64,000 nucleotides of DNA from Actinomycetes bacterium (GTDB lineage Bacteria; Actinomycetota; Thermoleophilia; BMS3ABIN01). Under the pieces are notes generated by a model, which saw only the letters and a list, made by a program, of their open reading frames with translations, did not search any database and was not told the origin of the DNA. Below, piece by piece: positions 9,836 through 19,387 of the stretch. Both the position numbers and the translations under genes were made by a program. The first letter of the stretch is position 1; each line of letters opens with the position of its first letter. The stretch covers positions 3,697 to 67,696 of the forward strand of contig JAJYXB010000013.1 in the NCBI GenBank assembly GCA_021791195.1, in the 5' to 3' direction.

Positions 9836-10399
9836 CTAGCCGCTTACCCTTTCCACGTACTCGCCGGTGCGGGTGTCCACTTTGACCACGTCGCCTACCT
9901 TGAGGAACAACGGCACGTTGACCACCGCGCCTGTCTCCAGCGTGGCGGGCTTGGAGCCGCCGCTGACGGTATCTCCCTTGACGCCCGGCTGTGTATCGGC
10001 GATCGCCAGCTCAACGAAGGTCGGCGGCAGCAGCTCGGCGGGGTTGCCATCGACTACCAGCAGCTCCACGTCCATGTTCTCCTTGACGAATTTGAGGCTG
10101 TCGCCGACCAGCGTCACCGGCAGCGACGTCTGCTCGTAGGTGTCATTGTCCATCAGCACCACTTCGTCCGGGGTCGAATAAAGATACAGCATCTTCTTGC
10201 TCTCGGTGCGCACGCGCCGGAATTTCTCACCTGCGCGGAATGTACGGTCCAGCACCGCGCCAGTGCTAATGTTCTTGATCCTGGTGCGCACGAAAGCGCC
10301 GCCCTTGCCGGGCTTGACGTGCTGGAACTCGACGATCGTAAAGGCCTGACCGTCGACCTCGATGCTCATGCCGTTTTTAAAGTCGTTTGTAGAAACCAA
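9836..10399 (-). CDS. efp: Elongation factor P
   Basis: FQHVKPGKGGAFVR, PGVKGDT and KPATLETG; TTG start after GGAGG. Confidence 0.97.
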   Translation of the reverse strand: MVSTNDFKNGMSIEVDGQAFTIVEFQHVKPGKGGAFVRTRIKNISTGAVLDRTFRAGEKFRRVRTESKKMLYLYSTPDEVVLMDNDTYEQTSLPVTLVGDSLKFVKENMDVELLVVDGNPAELLPPTFVELAIADTQPGVKGDTVSGGSKPATLETGAVVNVPLFLKVGDVVKVDTRTGEYVERVSG

Positions 10400-10510
10400 A
10401 TTTCCTCCGAGATGTAAACGTTAAAACAGGGGGGACGGAGAAGATTTTACACTAAAACCGCTAATCAGGGGAAGATGCAGGCAGCCCGCGCCGGATCGCG
10501 CACAATTTTC

Positions 10511-11608
10511 TCAGCGCAGGAAGATCAGCTCCCGGGGCGCAGTCGTCAGCGGAACGGACCGGCGGGCGCCGATGAGCACCGTATCCTCGATGCGGACGCC
10601 GCCCCGGCCTTCGAGATAGACGCCAGGCTCCACGGTCACGGTCATTCCCGCCGCCAGCGCGTCCCGCGAACGCGATGCCAGCACCGGTCCCTCGTGCGCC
10701 TCCAGGCCGATACCGTGTCCCAGCGCATGACCGAACTGCGGACCATAGCCAGCGGCGGCGATATGCCCGCGCGCGAGCGCATCCACTTCGGCGCAGGCAG
10801 TTCCGGGGCGGGCGGCCGCCGTGGCCAGCGCCTGCGCTTCCTGTACCACCCGGTAGACCTCTTCCAGCTTCGGCGGCAGCGGGCCGGTGGCGAAGGTGCG
10901 CGTGATGTCGGAGCAGTAACCTCCCACCGAGGCGCCCATATCGACCACCACCAGCTCGCCTGGGCGGATAATCCTTTCCGTGGGAACAGCGTGCGGCATC
11001 GCCGAGCGCGCTCCGGAGGCGACGATGATGGGGAACGGCAGCGGCCCGGAGCCGGCCTCGCGCATCGACCGCTCCAGCATCCAGGCGACCTGCAGCTCGC
11101 TGCTGCCAGTCACGCGCCGGCGGCGCAGCCGCGCAAGGGCCGCGTCGGCGATGCCGCAGGCCCGCCGTACGGCGGCCAGTTCACCGCGGTCCTTCACCTG
11201 GCGCAGTCGCTCCACGGCGCCGCCGCAGTCTTTCAGCTTCACACCCCTGAGCGCCTTTTTCAGCGCCCCGAACTGCGCCTGGCGCAGATGCCGCCCTTCG
11301 TAGCCGAGCGTTCCCAGCTTCAGCCTGCGGGAGCCCGCGTAGGCCGCCGCTCCCTCCAGGGCGGCTCCGCCGGTCACGACCAGGCGATAGCCCCTCACCT
11401 GCCGGGCTGCCTGGAGACGGTAACGAAAGTCAGTGAAGAAGAGTCTCTGCCTGGCGGTAATGAGCACGCACCCGGACGAGCCGGTAAAGCCGGTCAGGTA
11501 CCGGACGTTGGCCAGATGGGACACCAGCAGTGAATCGCATGGCAGCTCATTGAGCAGGTTGTGGCCACGTGCTAGCGCTGCGCGTTTGCGGTGCGTTCCG
11601 CCAGCCAC
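10511..11608 (-). CDS. Xaa-Pro aminopeptidase (M24B)
   Basis: DFRY, DMG...GYCSDITRT, HALGHGIGLEAHE, TVEPGVY and GGVRIED; conserved aroQ-pepP-efp order. Confidence 0.93.
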   Translation of the reverse strand: MAGGTHRKRAALARGHNLLNELPCDSLLVSHLANVRYLTGFTGSSGCVLITARQRLFFTDFRYRLQAARQVRGYRLVVTGGAALEGAAAYAGSRRLKLGTLGYEGRHLRQAQFGALKKALRGVKLKDCGGAVERLRQVKDRGELAAVRRACGIADAALARLRRRRVTGSSELQVAWMLERSMREAGSGPLPFPIIVASGARSAMPHAVPTERIIRPGELVVVDMGASVGGYCSDITRTFATGPLPPKLEEVYRVVQEAQALATAAARPGTACAEVDALARGHIAAAGYGPQFGHALGHGIGLEAHEGPVLASRSRDALAAGMTVTVEPGVYLEGRGGVRIEDTVLIGARRSVPLTTAPRELIFLR

Positions 11609-12027
11609 TCAAGCGCCTCCAGATAGCCGTCCAGTCCCTTGCCCGCGATCGTCAGGCTGCACACATCGCTGATCACGGAGTGCCGGCGCCATTCCTCGCG
11701 GCGGTGGGTATCGGATAGATGCACTTCCACCACCGGCGCCGCCACCAGCTCGAGGGCGTCATGGATCGCGTAGCTGTAGTGCGTCCACGCGCCCGGATTG
11801 ATGATCATTGCGTCCAGGATACCGCAGAGTTCATGGATCTTTTCCACCAGCTCGCCCTCGTGATTGGTCTGGAAGCAGAGGCAGTCGGAAAAACCTGCCT
11901 CCGCCGCCCGCACGCGCACGGCACTTTCCAGCTCTTCCAGGGTCAGCGTGCCGTAATGCTCCGGATCGCGGCGGCCGAGCATGTTCAGGTTGCAGCCATG
12001 TAGCAGCGCCAGTCTCATCGCCGACAC
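11572..12027 (-). CDS. aroQ: Type II 3-dehydroquinate dehydratase
   Basis: NLNMLGRRDPEHYG, QTNHEG, INPGAWTHYS and EVHLS. Confidence 0.95.
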   Translation of the reverse strand: MSAMRLALLHGCNLNMLGRRDPEHYGTLTLEELESAVRVRAAEAGFSDCLCFQTNHEGELVEKIHELCGILDAMIINPGAWTHYSYAIHDALELVAAPVVEVHLSDTHRREEWRRHSVISDVCSLTIAGKGLDGYLEALEWLAERTANAQR

Positions 12028-13118
12028 TATCCTCCCGCCACCAGACGCTCAACCTCCCGGCGAAGAGCGCCCGCATCGACATCACAGTTGATCACCGGCT
12101 CACCCAGGCGCTTGAGCAGCACCATGTTGGCGGACAGGTCATCGGCCTTCTTGTCGCTGGCCATCGCCGCCAGCACCTCGCCGGGATCGATACCCTCGAT
12201 CCTTACCGGCAGACCCAGCAATTCCAGCAGCGACAGCAGGCGGTCGCCGTATTCCTCGGGCAGCCCGAACTCCTGCTGCGAAAGCCTGACAGCGGCCAGC
12301 AGCCCCAGCGCCACCGCCTGTCCATGCGAATAGCGTTGGTAACCACCCGCCACCTCGATGCCGTGGCCGACCGAATGACCCAGATTTAGCACCGCACGCC
12401 GGCCATAATCGCGTTCATCCTCCGATACGATCCTGAGCTTGTATTCTATGCAGCGGCGCACGACCGGCTCGACATATGCCGTGTTAAGCGCCAGGAATTC
12501 CTGGTTGCCGATCTCGAAATTGTCGAAGAATGCGTCCCCCGTGAGCAGGCAGTATTTGACCACCTCCGCCAGGCCCTCGACCAGCTGATCCCGCGGGAGC
12601 GTTTTTAACAGCGCCGGATCTGCCAGCACCATGTCCGGCTGGTAAAAAGAACCGACGTAATTTTTTGCTTCCGGGATGTTGACCCCGGTCTTGCCGCCGA
12701 TGCTGCTGTCCACCTGCGAAAGCAGGCTGGTGGGCACCTGCATCAGCCCGATGCCGCGCATGTAGGTGCTGGCGACGAAGCCGGCCAGGTCGCCGACGAC
12801 GCCTCCGCCCAGGGCGCAGACGGCGTCCCGCCGGCGCGTCTTCAGCACGAACAGCCGCGAGTACAGTCCGGTGACCATCTCGAGGCTCTTGGCGCCCTCG
12901 CCCGGGTCGACGACGATCGTGCTGGTCTCCAACCCGGCAGCGGCGAATGAGGCTTCGGCCGCCGCCAGATGGAAGCCGGCCACGTTGGCGTCGGTGATGA
13001 TGACGACCTTGCCCCGCTTCCCCAGCGAACTCCACAGCCGGCCGGCGTCGGCCAGACCGCCTCTGCTGAGAAATACCGGATATTCCTTGCTCCTGGTGTT
13101 GGCAAGCAGCTGGATCAT
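12027..13118 (-). CDS. aroB: 3-dehydroquinate synthase
   Basis: GGGVVGDLAGF, PTSLLSQVDSSIGGKTGVN, LNLGHSVGH and HGQAV. Confidence 0.96.
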   Translation of the reverse strand: MIQLLANTRSKEYPVFLSRGGLADAGRLWSSLGKRGKVVIITDANVAGFHLAAAEASFAAAGLETSTIVVDPGEGAKSLEMVTGLYSRLFVLKTRRRDAVCALGGGVVGDLAGFVASTYMRGIGLMQVPTSLLSQVDSSIGGKTGVNIPEAKNYVGSFYQPDMVLADPALLKTLPRDQLVEGLAEVVKYCLLTGDAFFDNFEIGNQEFLALNTAYVEPVVRRCIEYKLRIVSEDERDYGRRAVLNLGHSVGHGIEVAGGYQRYSHGQAVALGLLAAVRLSQQEFGLPEEYGDRLLSLLELLGLPVRIEGIDPGEVLAAMASDKKADDLSANMVLLKRLGEPVINCDVDAGALRREVERLVAGG

Positions 13119-13648
13119 GCTATGCCAGCCACACCCAGGCGCCGCAGGACCATGACGATCTCGTCGGCAACGGTTTTGACATCATTTTCTTTTGTATCAA
13201 CGACATACCGGGCCAGCTCCAGATAAAGCTTCTCCCGCTGGGCATACAACCGCCGAAATTCATCCGCGTCGCGCGCCAGCGGCCGCGAAGAGCGGCGCGC
13301 GCGCGCGTAGGCGCGGTTCACGTCCTCGTCCAGGAGGAATACCAGAGGTTCGCACCGCAGGCGCTCCGCGACCGCAGGGATGGTGACGGCGCCGCCGCCG
13401 AGCGATACCACCGTGCCTTCCGATGAAACATCCGCTTCGTCAAGCAGCCCGAGGACAACACCCTCCTCCGCCCGCCGGAACGCGGCTTCGCCTTCCTGCT
13501 TGAAGATCTCGGCGATGGAAGCGCCTGCCTGCTCTTCGACCATCGGGTCGGCGTCAAAAAAATCCCATCCCAGACCGCGCGCCAGATAGTTGCCTACGGC
13601 GGTCTTGCCGCTCCCCATGAAGCCGATCAGAATCAGGGTTGGGGCCAA
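13115..13648 (-). CDS. aroK: Shikimate kinase
   Basis: GFMGSGKT, IF..EGEAAFR, GGG and RPL. Confidence 0.95.
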   Translation of the reverse strand: MAPTLILIGFMGSGKTAVGNYLARGLGWDFFDADPMVEEQAGASIAEIFKQEGEAAFRRAEEGVVLGLLDEADVSSEGTVVSLGGGAVTIPAVAERLRCEPLVFLLDEDVNRAYARARRSSRPLARDADEFRRLYAQREKLYLELARYVVDTKENDVKTVADEIVMVLRRLGVAGIA

Positions 13649-14820
13649 CTATCCCTCAGCCTCCTCAGATAGGCCAGATATGACCCTTTCATGTCTTCGA
13701 TGGAATCTCCACCCAGCTTCTCCATCATGGCACGGGCCAGCTCGATGGCCACCATCGCCTCACCGACCACCGCCGCCGCCGGCACGGCGCAGACATCACT
13801 GCGCTCCTTCAGCGCCGGCGCCGTCCTGCCGCTGGCGATGTCAACGGACTTCAGCGGCCGGGTCAGTGTGGGGATGGGCTTCATCGCGGCGCGGACGATC
13901 AGTGGCGCGCCGGTGGTGATGCCCCCCTCCAGGCCGCCGGCATGGTTGGTGCGGCGATAGTAACCCTTCCCGGGCCGGAAAAAGATCTCATCATGCACCC
14001 TGGAACCGGGCCTGGCCGCGGCGGCAAAACCATCGCCCACCTCGACGCCCTTGATCGCCGGGATGCTCATCAGCGCTCCGCCCAGCCGGCCGCCGAGCCG
14101 CTCCGGCCCCGAAGCATACGAGCCCAGACCGGGCACGAGCCCGAATACCGCCACCTCGAAGACGCCGCCCAGCGACTCGCCCTGCTTGCGCGCGGCGGCG
14201 ATCACGTCAGTCATCGCCTTTTCCCTGTCAGCGGCAAGCGTGCGTACCGGCGAGCCGTCCACTTTGCGGAAATCTTCCGGAACCAGCGATCGCCCGCGGC
14301 GGACGGCAACCTTGCCGATGCGTGTCACATGACTGAAAATCAGGACACCAAACTCATCCAGCAGCCGTCTGGCGATTGCTCCCACCGCCACACGTGTCGC
14401 TGTTTCCCGGGCGCTGGCGCGCTCCAGCACGCTGCGGATATCGCCCAGACCGAATTTCTCCGTACCGCAAAGGTCGGCATGCCCCGGCCGCGGCACCGTC
14501 AGCGGCTCTGCCCGTTTCCCCGCAGAGGCGGCGCCGGCACGCATCACTGTTTTCCAGTTCTTCCAGTCGGCATTGAGGATGCGCAGCCCGATCGGCGTCC
14601 CCAGGGTCTGTCCGTAGCGGACTCCGCTGGTAATCGTCGCCCTGTCGGTCTCGATGCGCATGCGGCCGCCGCGGCCGTAGCCGAGCTGGCGCCGCGCCAG
14701 GTCCCCATCGATATCGGCGGTCCCGAGCGCCAAACCGGCGGGGACGCCCTCGACGATCGCCATCAGCTCGGGGCCGTGCGATTCTCCGGATGTCGTATAG
14801 CGAAGATTCATGTCAATCAC
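13633..14820 (-). CDS. aroC: Chorismate synthase
   Basis: GESHG, RRQLGYGRG.RM, PRPGHAD, RASARET, N.AGGLEGG, MKPIPT and ERSD. Confidence 0.97.
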   Translation of the reverse strand: MIDMNLRYTTSGESHGPELMAIVEGVPAGLALGTADIDGDLARRQLGYGRGGRMRIETDRATITSGVRYGQTLGTPIGLRILNADWKNWKTVMRAGAASAGKRAEPLTVPRPGHADLCGTEKFGLGDIRSVLERASARETATRVAVGAIARRLLDEFGVLIFSHVTRIGKVAVRRGRSLVPEDFRKVDGSPVRTLAADREKAMTDVIAAARKQGESLGGVFEVAVFGLVPGLGSYASGPERLGGRLGGALMSIPAIKGVEVGDGFAAAARPGSRVHDEIFFRPGKGYYRRTNHAGGLEGGITTGAPLIVRAAMKPIPTLTRPLKSVDIASGRTAPALKERSDVCAVPAAAVVGEAMVAIELARAMMEKLGGDSIEDMKGSYLAYLRRLRDSWPQP

Positions 14821-14937
14821 GCCAGCGCTGTAACTTGCTAAAAATAATGCAGATGATGATTATCGCGCAAGCCGGACCCCGTCATGCCCGGACAAATCAG
14901 GCACCCGGCGCGGCCCCTGGCGACGGACGCGGCTGCG

Positions 14938-15528
14938 TTACTTGCCCAGCACCGTGCCGGTGGAGCCGGTGGAGCCCGTGGAGCCGGTCGAGCCCGTACC
15001 CGTCGGGACGCCGGTTGAACCGGTGCCCGCCGATCCCGTGCCCGTGGAAGCAGCCCCGGTCGATCCAGTGCCGGTGGAACCGGTGGCGCCAGCGCCCGCG
15101 CCGCCTGCGGAGCCTGGAACCGTACTGCCGGTGGAAGGGGATCCGGGCGATGTCGATGATCCAGTCGGCAGTGACGCCGAGCCCGGAGTCGTACTGGGGC
15201 CCGCCTGCATCTGCTGGACCCATGGATCCTTGCGGGTAAATACGTTAGCCCACATCGTCGAAGCCGTGCTGGAGTCGAGTGAGGAAGACGTCGACAGCGG
15301 CGGAGGCGCCGTGGGACGTGAGCCCGGAGTCCTCCCGGCAGGAAGAGAAGTGCTGGGCCGCGTGCCCGCCTGCGTCCCGGTGCCTGGCGACTGTTGCGGC
15401 GACGGTGACTGACTGCCGCACGATAGCGCCAGCGTCACGGAAACAACCAGCAGAACAACCGCCGCCACGCCGGCCACCAGGGGCGCGTGCTTGAAATTAT
15501 CAATTCTTCCCAAAATCTCGTCTAGCAT
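14938..15528 (-). CDS. Membrane-anchored low-complexity protein in the PilP/PilW position
   Basis: N-terminal hydrophobic segment, central FTRKDPW motif, Ser/Thr/Gly/Pro-rich tail; directly after pilO. Confidence 0.6.
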   Translation of the reverse strand: MLDEILGRIDNFKHAPLVAGVAAVVLLVVSVTLALSCGSQSPSPQQSPGTGTQAGTRPSTSLPAGRTPGSRPTAPPPLSTSSSLDSSTASTMWANVFTRKDPWVQQMQAGPSTTPGSASLPTGSSTSPGSPSTGSTVPGSAGGAGAGATGSTGTGSTGAASTGTGSAGTGSTGVPTGTGSTGSTGSTGSTGTVLGK

Positions 15529-15600
15529 TTTCTTACCTTACCCATTCACGGAGCGAACGAGCCGCCCACATTCCTGCCGGCGCTACCAGTCTGGGCCGGC

Positions 15601-16314
15601 CTACCTGCCACCGGACGCCCCGGCGCCGCTGGCGCTGCCCGGCGTTGTTGCCGCGCCGGCGCTGCCACTACTGCCTGGCGCAGCGGCGCCCGGCCTGGCC
15701 GTTGTCGGCGGAGTGGTCATGAAAACGTTGATGTCCATCGACAGCATGATATGTCCCGGTGTCACCTGTCCAGTCGACGAAACCGAAGGAAACTTGAAGC
15801 CGGAAACATCCGGCTGGCCGATCTTAATCGTCATGACGTTGATCAGACGGCCGCTGACGTTGACATCGCTGCCTTCCATCCTGGCATAATTCTCCACCCT
15901 GTACAGGAAATCGTTGACGTCGAAGAAGCCGCCTTCAATCTTCAGCGTCAGCGGGATAATCGTTGCGCCTGGGGTGCCGGCCACCGGAGCGCCCGGCTTG
16001 ATATCCATGAAGCTGACGCCGGCGTCGGTGGCGGTTTGCTGCAGCTCGATCATCAGCGACGGCAGCTGGCTGTCGGTCGGAATCAGCTTGTCCAGCTTGA
16101 TCAGGTCGCCCTCGGTCTGCTGGGCGGCCTTCCGCTGCTGATCGATTGTGGCCAGCTTCTTCTTGTTGTCCTGCAGCTTGGCGTTTTCGCTGGAGATGTT
16201 GCTCTGCAGAGTCGCGTTTTCATCGCGTTTCGGGCTGATGAGCAGGAAGTACCACGCCACGAGCAATACCACAACGACAAGGCCGATGAGAATGCCTATG
16301 TCGCGCTTTTTCAT
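15601..16314 (-). CDS. pilO: Type IV pilus assembly protein PilO
   Basis: N-terminal TM helix, coiled coil, LIP....LPSL...L...A...GV and G.F.....FL..VE...R; follows pilN. Confidence 0.85.
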   Translation of the reverse strand: MKKRDIGILIGLVVVVLLVAWYFLLISPKRDENATLQSNISSENAKLQDNKKKLATIDQQRKAAQQTEGDLIKLDKLIPTDSQLPSLMIELQQTATDAGVSFMDIKPGAPVAGTPGATIIPLTLKIEGGFFDVNDFLYRVENYARMEGSDVNVSGRLINVMTIKIGQPDVSGFKFPSVSSTGQVTPGHIMLSMDINVFMTTPPTTARPGAAAPGSSGSAGAATTPGSASGAGASGGR

Positions 16315-17093
16315 GGCGCTATCCCTCCGCCCGGCGAGGTTGGCGTGGTGATCGCCGGGCCGGCGGCGCCGCCAGGGTTAGCACTGGTGGTCGGCGTAGC
16401 GCCCGGTGTCGACGTGGTGCCGGCAGCCGGCGTGCTCGGCAGCGGCGTCACAGTCGCCGGCCCCGGCGCTGCCGAGGCCTGTCCGTTCTGCTTGAGAAAG
16501 GCGCCGATGCGAAAATGGATCGCCAGCGAAGCACCCAGTTTTTCCGTGTCGGCGCTGATCAGGGTGACGTTCTGCAGCGACGGCAGCAACCCCAGCCTGA
16601 TCAGGAATGTCGCCACGGAAGGCATCGCCGCATTGTCGGTATAACCCTCGATGGTGATGTCCGGCGCTGACGGAGTGCTCCCGGCGGCTGCTTTGGGGGC
16701 TGTGCCGCCGGCGGTCACCGGCGTGCCGCTGACCGAGGCATTCAGCGATGTCAGCCAGATATCCGAAGGGATGACGAACGAGATGTCATCCAGGATCCGC
16801 GACCAGCGGACCCGCTGATCGTACACTGTCTTGACGCTGTTGAGCTTGGCCTGCTTCTGGTTCTGGATATCCTGATACTGCTGCAGCTCCTGCATCTGTT
16901 TGCCCAGGCTGGCGTTGGTTTTCTGCAGATTGGCATATTCCTGCCGTGAATTGTCAACCTGGCTGCTGTAATAGTAATAAGTCCCGCCCAGGGCGGCCAG
17001 CACCAGCACCGCTCCCGCGACCGGGAAGATGAATATCTGGCGCCGGAACTCACGCGCCTGCTCTTCTTGGGGGACCAGATTGACTCTAGGCAT
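16311..17093 (-). CDS. pilN: Type IV pilus assembly protein PilN
   Basis: N-terminal RVNLVP (PilM-binding INLLP-type motif), TM helix, coiled coil and WS.IL..IS..IP..IWL. Confidence 0.9.
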   Translation of the reverse strand: MPRVNLVPQEEQAREFRRQIFIFPVAGAVLVLAALGGTYYYYSSQVDNSRQEYANLQKTNASLGKQMQELQQYQDIQNQKQAKLNSVKTVYDQRVRWSRILDDISFVIPSDIWLTSLNASVSGTPVTAGGTAPKAAAGSTPSAPDITIEGYTDNAAMPSVATFLIRLGLLPSLQNVTLISADTEKLGASLAIHFRIGAFLKQNGQASAAPGPATVTPLPSTPAAGTTSTPGATPTTSANPGGAAGPAITTPTSPGGGIAP

Positions 17094-19142
17094 TTATTCC
17101 TCGTCCTCCAGCGACAGGCCGATGGAGATCGCGAGCCGCGGCGCCAACGCACGGAGATCCTCGTCACTCAGACCCGATTTGTTTAAAGTCACCCTCGTCA
17201 GTGGATTGCCCATCTCCACGGTAAAGGGGAACACCTGCGACAGCTGCGCGTCCAGATTCGGCAGCATGGCGCCGCCGCCGCTCAACAGCAATTTTCCGAT
17301 CGGGATCGACTTCTCCTGCGACATATAATAATCGAGAGACCGGCGGATCTCGTCAGCCAGAGCCTCTGTCGTGATCTCCAGGGCGCGCTGCACGTTTTCC
17401 TCCCGGGTCCGCTCTTCAGGACCGCCGGGTTCGATCGTGGGCGGGAAAAGATCGGGCTCGTTCCGCTGTGGCGACGGCGGCTCACCGCCGCCCGCAGAAA
17501 GTCCGCTGGCGCCGAACGGCGACCCGCCGCCGGCGCCGCTTTCCGGCGGTCCGCCAGGCCCGGCCGGTTCACCCTCGCCCGGCATGTTCTCTCCCGAGAA
17601 AGGTGGAATGATCTGCGTGTCGGCCTCCGGCGCGCCCTCTGCGGCCGCAAGGTTCTCCCCGGAGCCCGCGCCTCTTCCCGGCGCCGGCAGCCCGATCTGC
17701 ACCTTCATCACTTCAGCATCAGCGAAGTTGATATTCAGCTGTTCCTGGACGGCCTTGGTAAAGTCGTCGCCACCAAAAGAGATAATGCGTGTAAACTGCG
17801 GCTCGCCGGCAACATCGACCACGAGATTGGTTACATCCGAAGCAATGTTGGCAACCGCGACCGCGGACCCGGCGGGAGAGCCTTCATCGAGGAAGCTCCG
17901 CGTCACCATCGACCTGAGCAGCGCGAACGCCTGCAGATCGACGCTGGCAACCTGCAGCCGCGCCTTTTTGATGGCGTTGATAAAATCCATCACCATGTTT
18001 TTCTGCGCCGCTACGACCAGGACTTTCTGCTTCTGCACGCCATCCTCATCGGTAAAGCTGCCGAGAATGTGGTAATCGAATACGGCTTCATCGATCGGGA
18101 TGGGGATGTAATCCTGCGCCTGGAACTCGATGGCAGAGCGCAGCTCCTTTCCGTCAAGCATGGGAAAGTCCAGCGACCGCACCACGATCTTCTGGTTCGC
18201 CAGCCCAAGGGAAACCTTCCTCCCTTTGATCTTGTAAGTCTTCCAGAACTCGCGGATGGCGAACGCCAGCCCTTCGACGTCGCGCACCTCGCCCTCCTGG
18301 ATGAGCCCTTCAGGCAGCGAGTCCAGCGCCACCTGCAGTATCATCGAACCGGAAGTCTGATGACGCAGCCGCACCGCCGTGACCGAAGAACGGCCGAGGT
18401 CGAGACCGACAGGACTTGTCCGGGAACCGAACCCGGCTCCGCCCTTTTTGGGATGCGCGGCCTTCTGCTTCGGGGGGGTTGGTTCTTTGGCTGCGGGTTC
18501 TTTCGTCTTTCTGGTAAACAGCGGTTTCCTCTCACGCCTGGGCTTGGCGGGTGGAACGGTATACGCTGCCGGCGCCCCTGCGGGCGCGGGCGGCCCGCTT
18601 GATGCCTTCTTTTTGGCGCCAAAAAGCGGCTTGCGCGGTTTCTTCTCACGCGGCGGTTTCTTCTCACGCGGCGGTTTTGCTTCACGCGGCATCTTCTGCC
18701 GCTGTTTTTTCTCCTGCGGCGGCTTGTCCTGCGCCGGCCGGGCGCCCTGTGCCGGAGCCGAGCCCTGAGGCTCCTTCGCCACACGCGGCCCCTTCCGGCC
18801 GAAAAGGCTCTTCTTCTCAGGCGGCGGCGTTGCCGTTGACGGGTTCTCGCTGCCTTCCTTTGCCTCGGCGGACGCCTGGTCTGCGGTCGGCGGCGGTGGC
18901 ACAAGCCGTTCAGGCTTGGCCTGCTTCGGCCGCTTTTCTCCCGGGAAAGGAGCCGATTTCAGCCGCTTCCCCTTCTTCCCCGATTTTTTATGCGTGGGCA
19001 TGGAGATGCCCTTGCCGCCGAAAAGTTTTTTTCGGGGCTTGGGAGGAAGCGGCGGCCGGACGTCACCACGCCCGGCGCCCGCATCGAGCGGTCCGCCAGG
19101 CGTTGCGTCTTTGCCTGATTTCTTCTTGAAGAAGCTTGCCAT
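17094..19142 (-). CDS. pilM: Type IV pilus assembly protein PilM with a long disordered N-terminal extension
   Basis: VGLDLG, IPIPIDEAVFDY, VLVVAA, EIRRSLDYY, LSGGGA and IGL; followed by pilN and pilO. Confidence 0.92.
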   Translation of the reverse strand: MASFFKKKSGKDATPGGPLDAGAGRGDVRPPLPPKPRKKLFGGKGISMPTHKKSGKKGKRLKSAPFPGEKRPKQAKPERLVPPPPTADQASAEAKEGSENPSTATPPPEKKSLFGRKGPRVAKEPQGSAPAQGARPAQDKPPQEKKQRQKMPREAKPPREKKPPREKKPRKPLFGAKKKASSGPPAPAGAPAAYTVPPAKPRRERKPLFTRKTKEPAAKEPTPPKQKAAHPKKGGAGFGSRTSPVGLDLGRSSVTAVRLRHQTSGSMILQVALDSLPEGLIQEGEVRDVEGLAFAIREFWKTYKIKGRKVSLGLANQKIVVRSLDFPMLDGKELRSAIEFQAQDYIPIPIDEAVFDYHILGSFTDEDGVQKQKVLVVAAQKNMVMDFINAIKKARLQVASVDLQAFALLRSMVTRSFLDEGSPAGSAVAVANIASDVTNLVVDVAGEPQFTRIISFGGDDFTKAVQEQLNINFADAEVMKVQIGLPAPGRGAGSGENLAAAEGAPEADTQIIPPFSGENMPGEGEPAGPGGPPESGAGGGSPFGASGLSAGGGEPPSPQRNEPDLFPPTIEPGGPEERTREENVQRALEITTEALADEIRRSLDYYMSQEKSIPIGKLLLSGGGAMLPNLDAQLSQVFPFTVEMGNPLTRVTLNKSGLSDEDLRALAPRLAISIGLSLEDEE
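18635..18690. repeat. About 3 copies of an 18-bp tandem repeat inside pilM encoding (K/A)KPPRE
   Basis: Repeated gcggtttcttctcacgcg units; protein reads AKPPREKKPPREKKPRK. Confidence 0.85.
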
Positions 19143-19255
19143 ATTCAGTTCATCGCGCGGCCAGCCGCACGCAAAGCCAGCCCCGTAAGGAGCTGTGGAT
19201 TAGTTTCGAGATTGGCATGACATATCCTTTTAACCTGGCTTCGAACGCCTGCGCC

Positions 19256-19285
19256 GTCTTCTTGCGCTGGGTCTTCTTGCGCTGG
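19256..19285. repeat. Perfect 15-bp tandem duplication in the trpC-pilM intergenic region
   Basis: gtcttcttgcgctgg x2. Confidence 0.9.
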
Positions 19286-19387
19286 GGATCGCCGCTGACG
19301 GCCGGAACGGAAAAACCTGGAAAATCGTTCCCCTTAACGGCAACAGCCGCCAAATACTTGAGCTCAGACTTGAGCTCGGATCCAAGC

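Noticed and set aside
19160-19200. cgcaaagcc motif near pilM as a second c-di-GMP riboswitch
   Set aside because: Wrong strand for pilM, and it lacks the GGCAAA/P2 tetraloop half.
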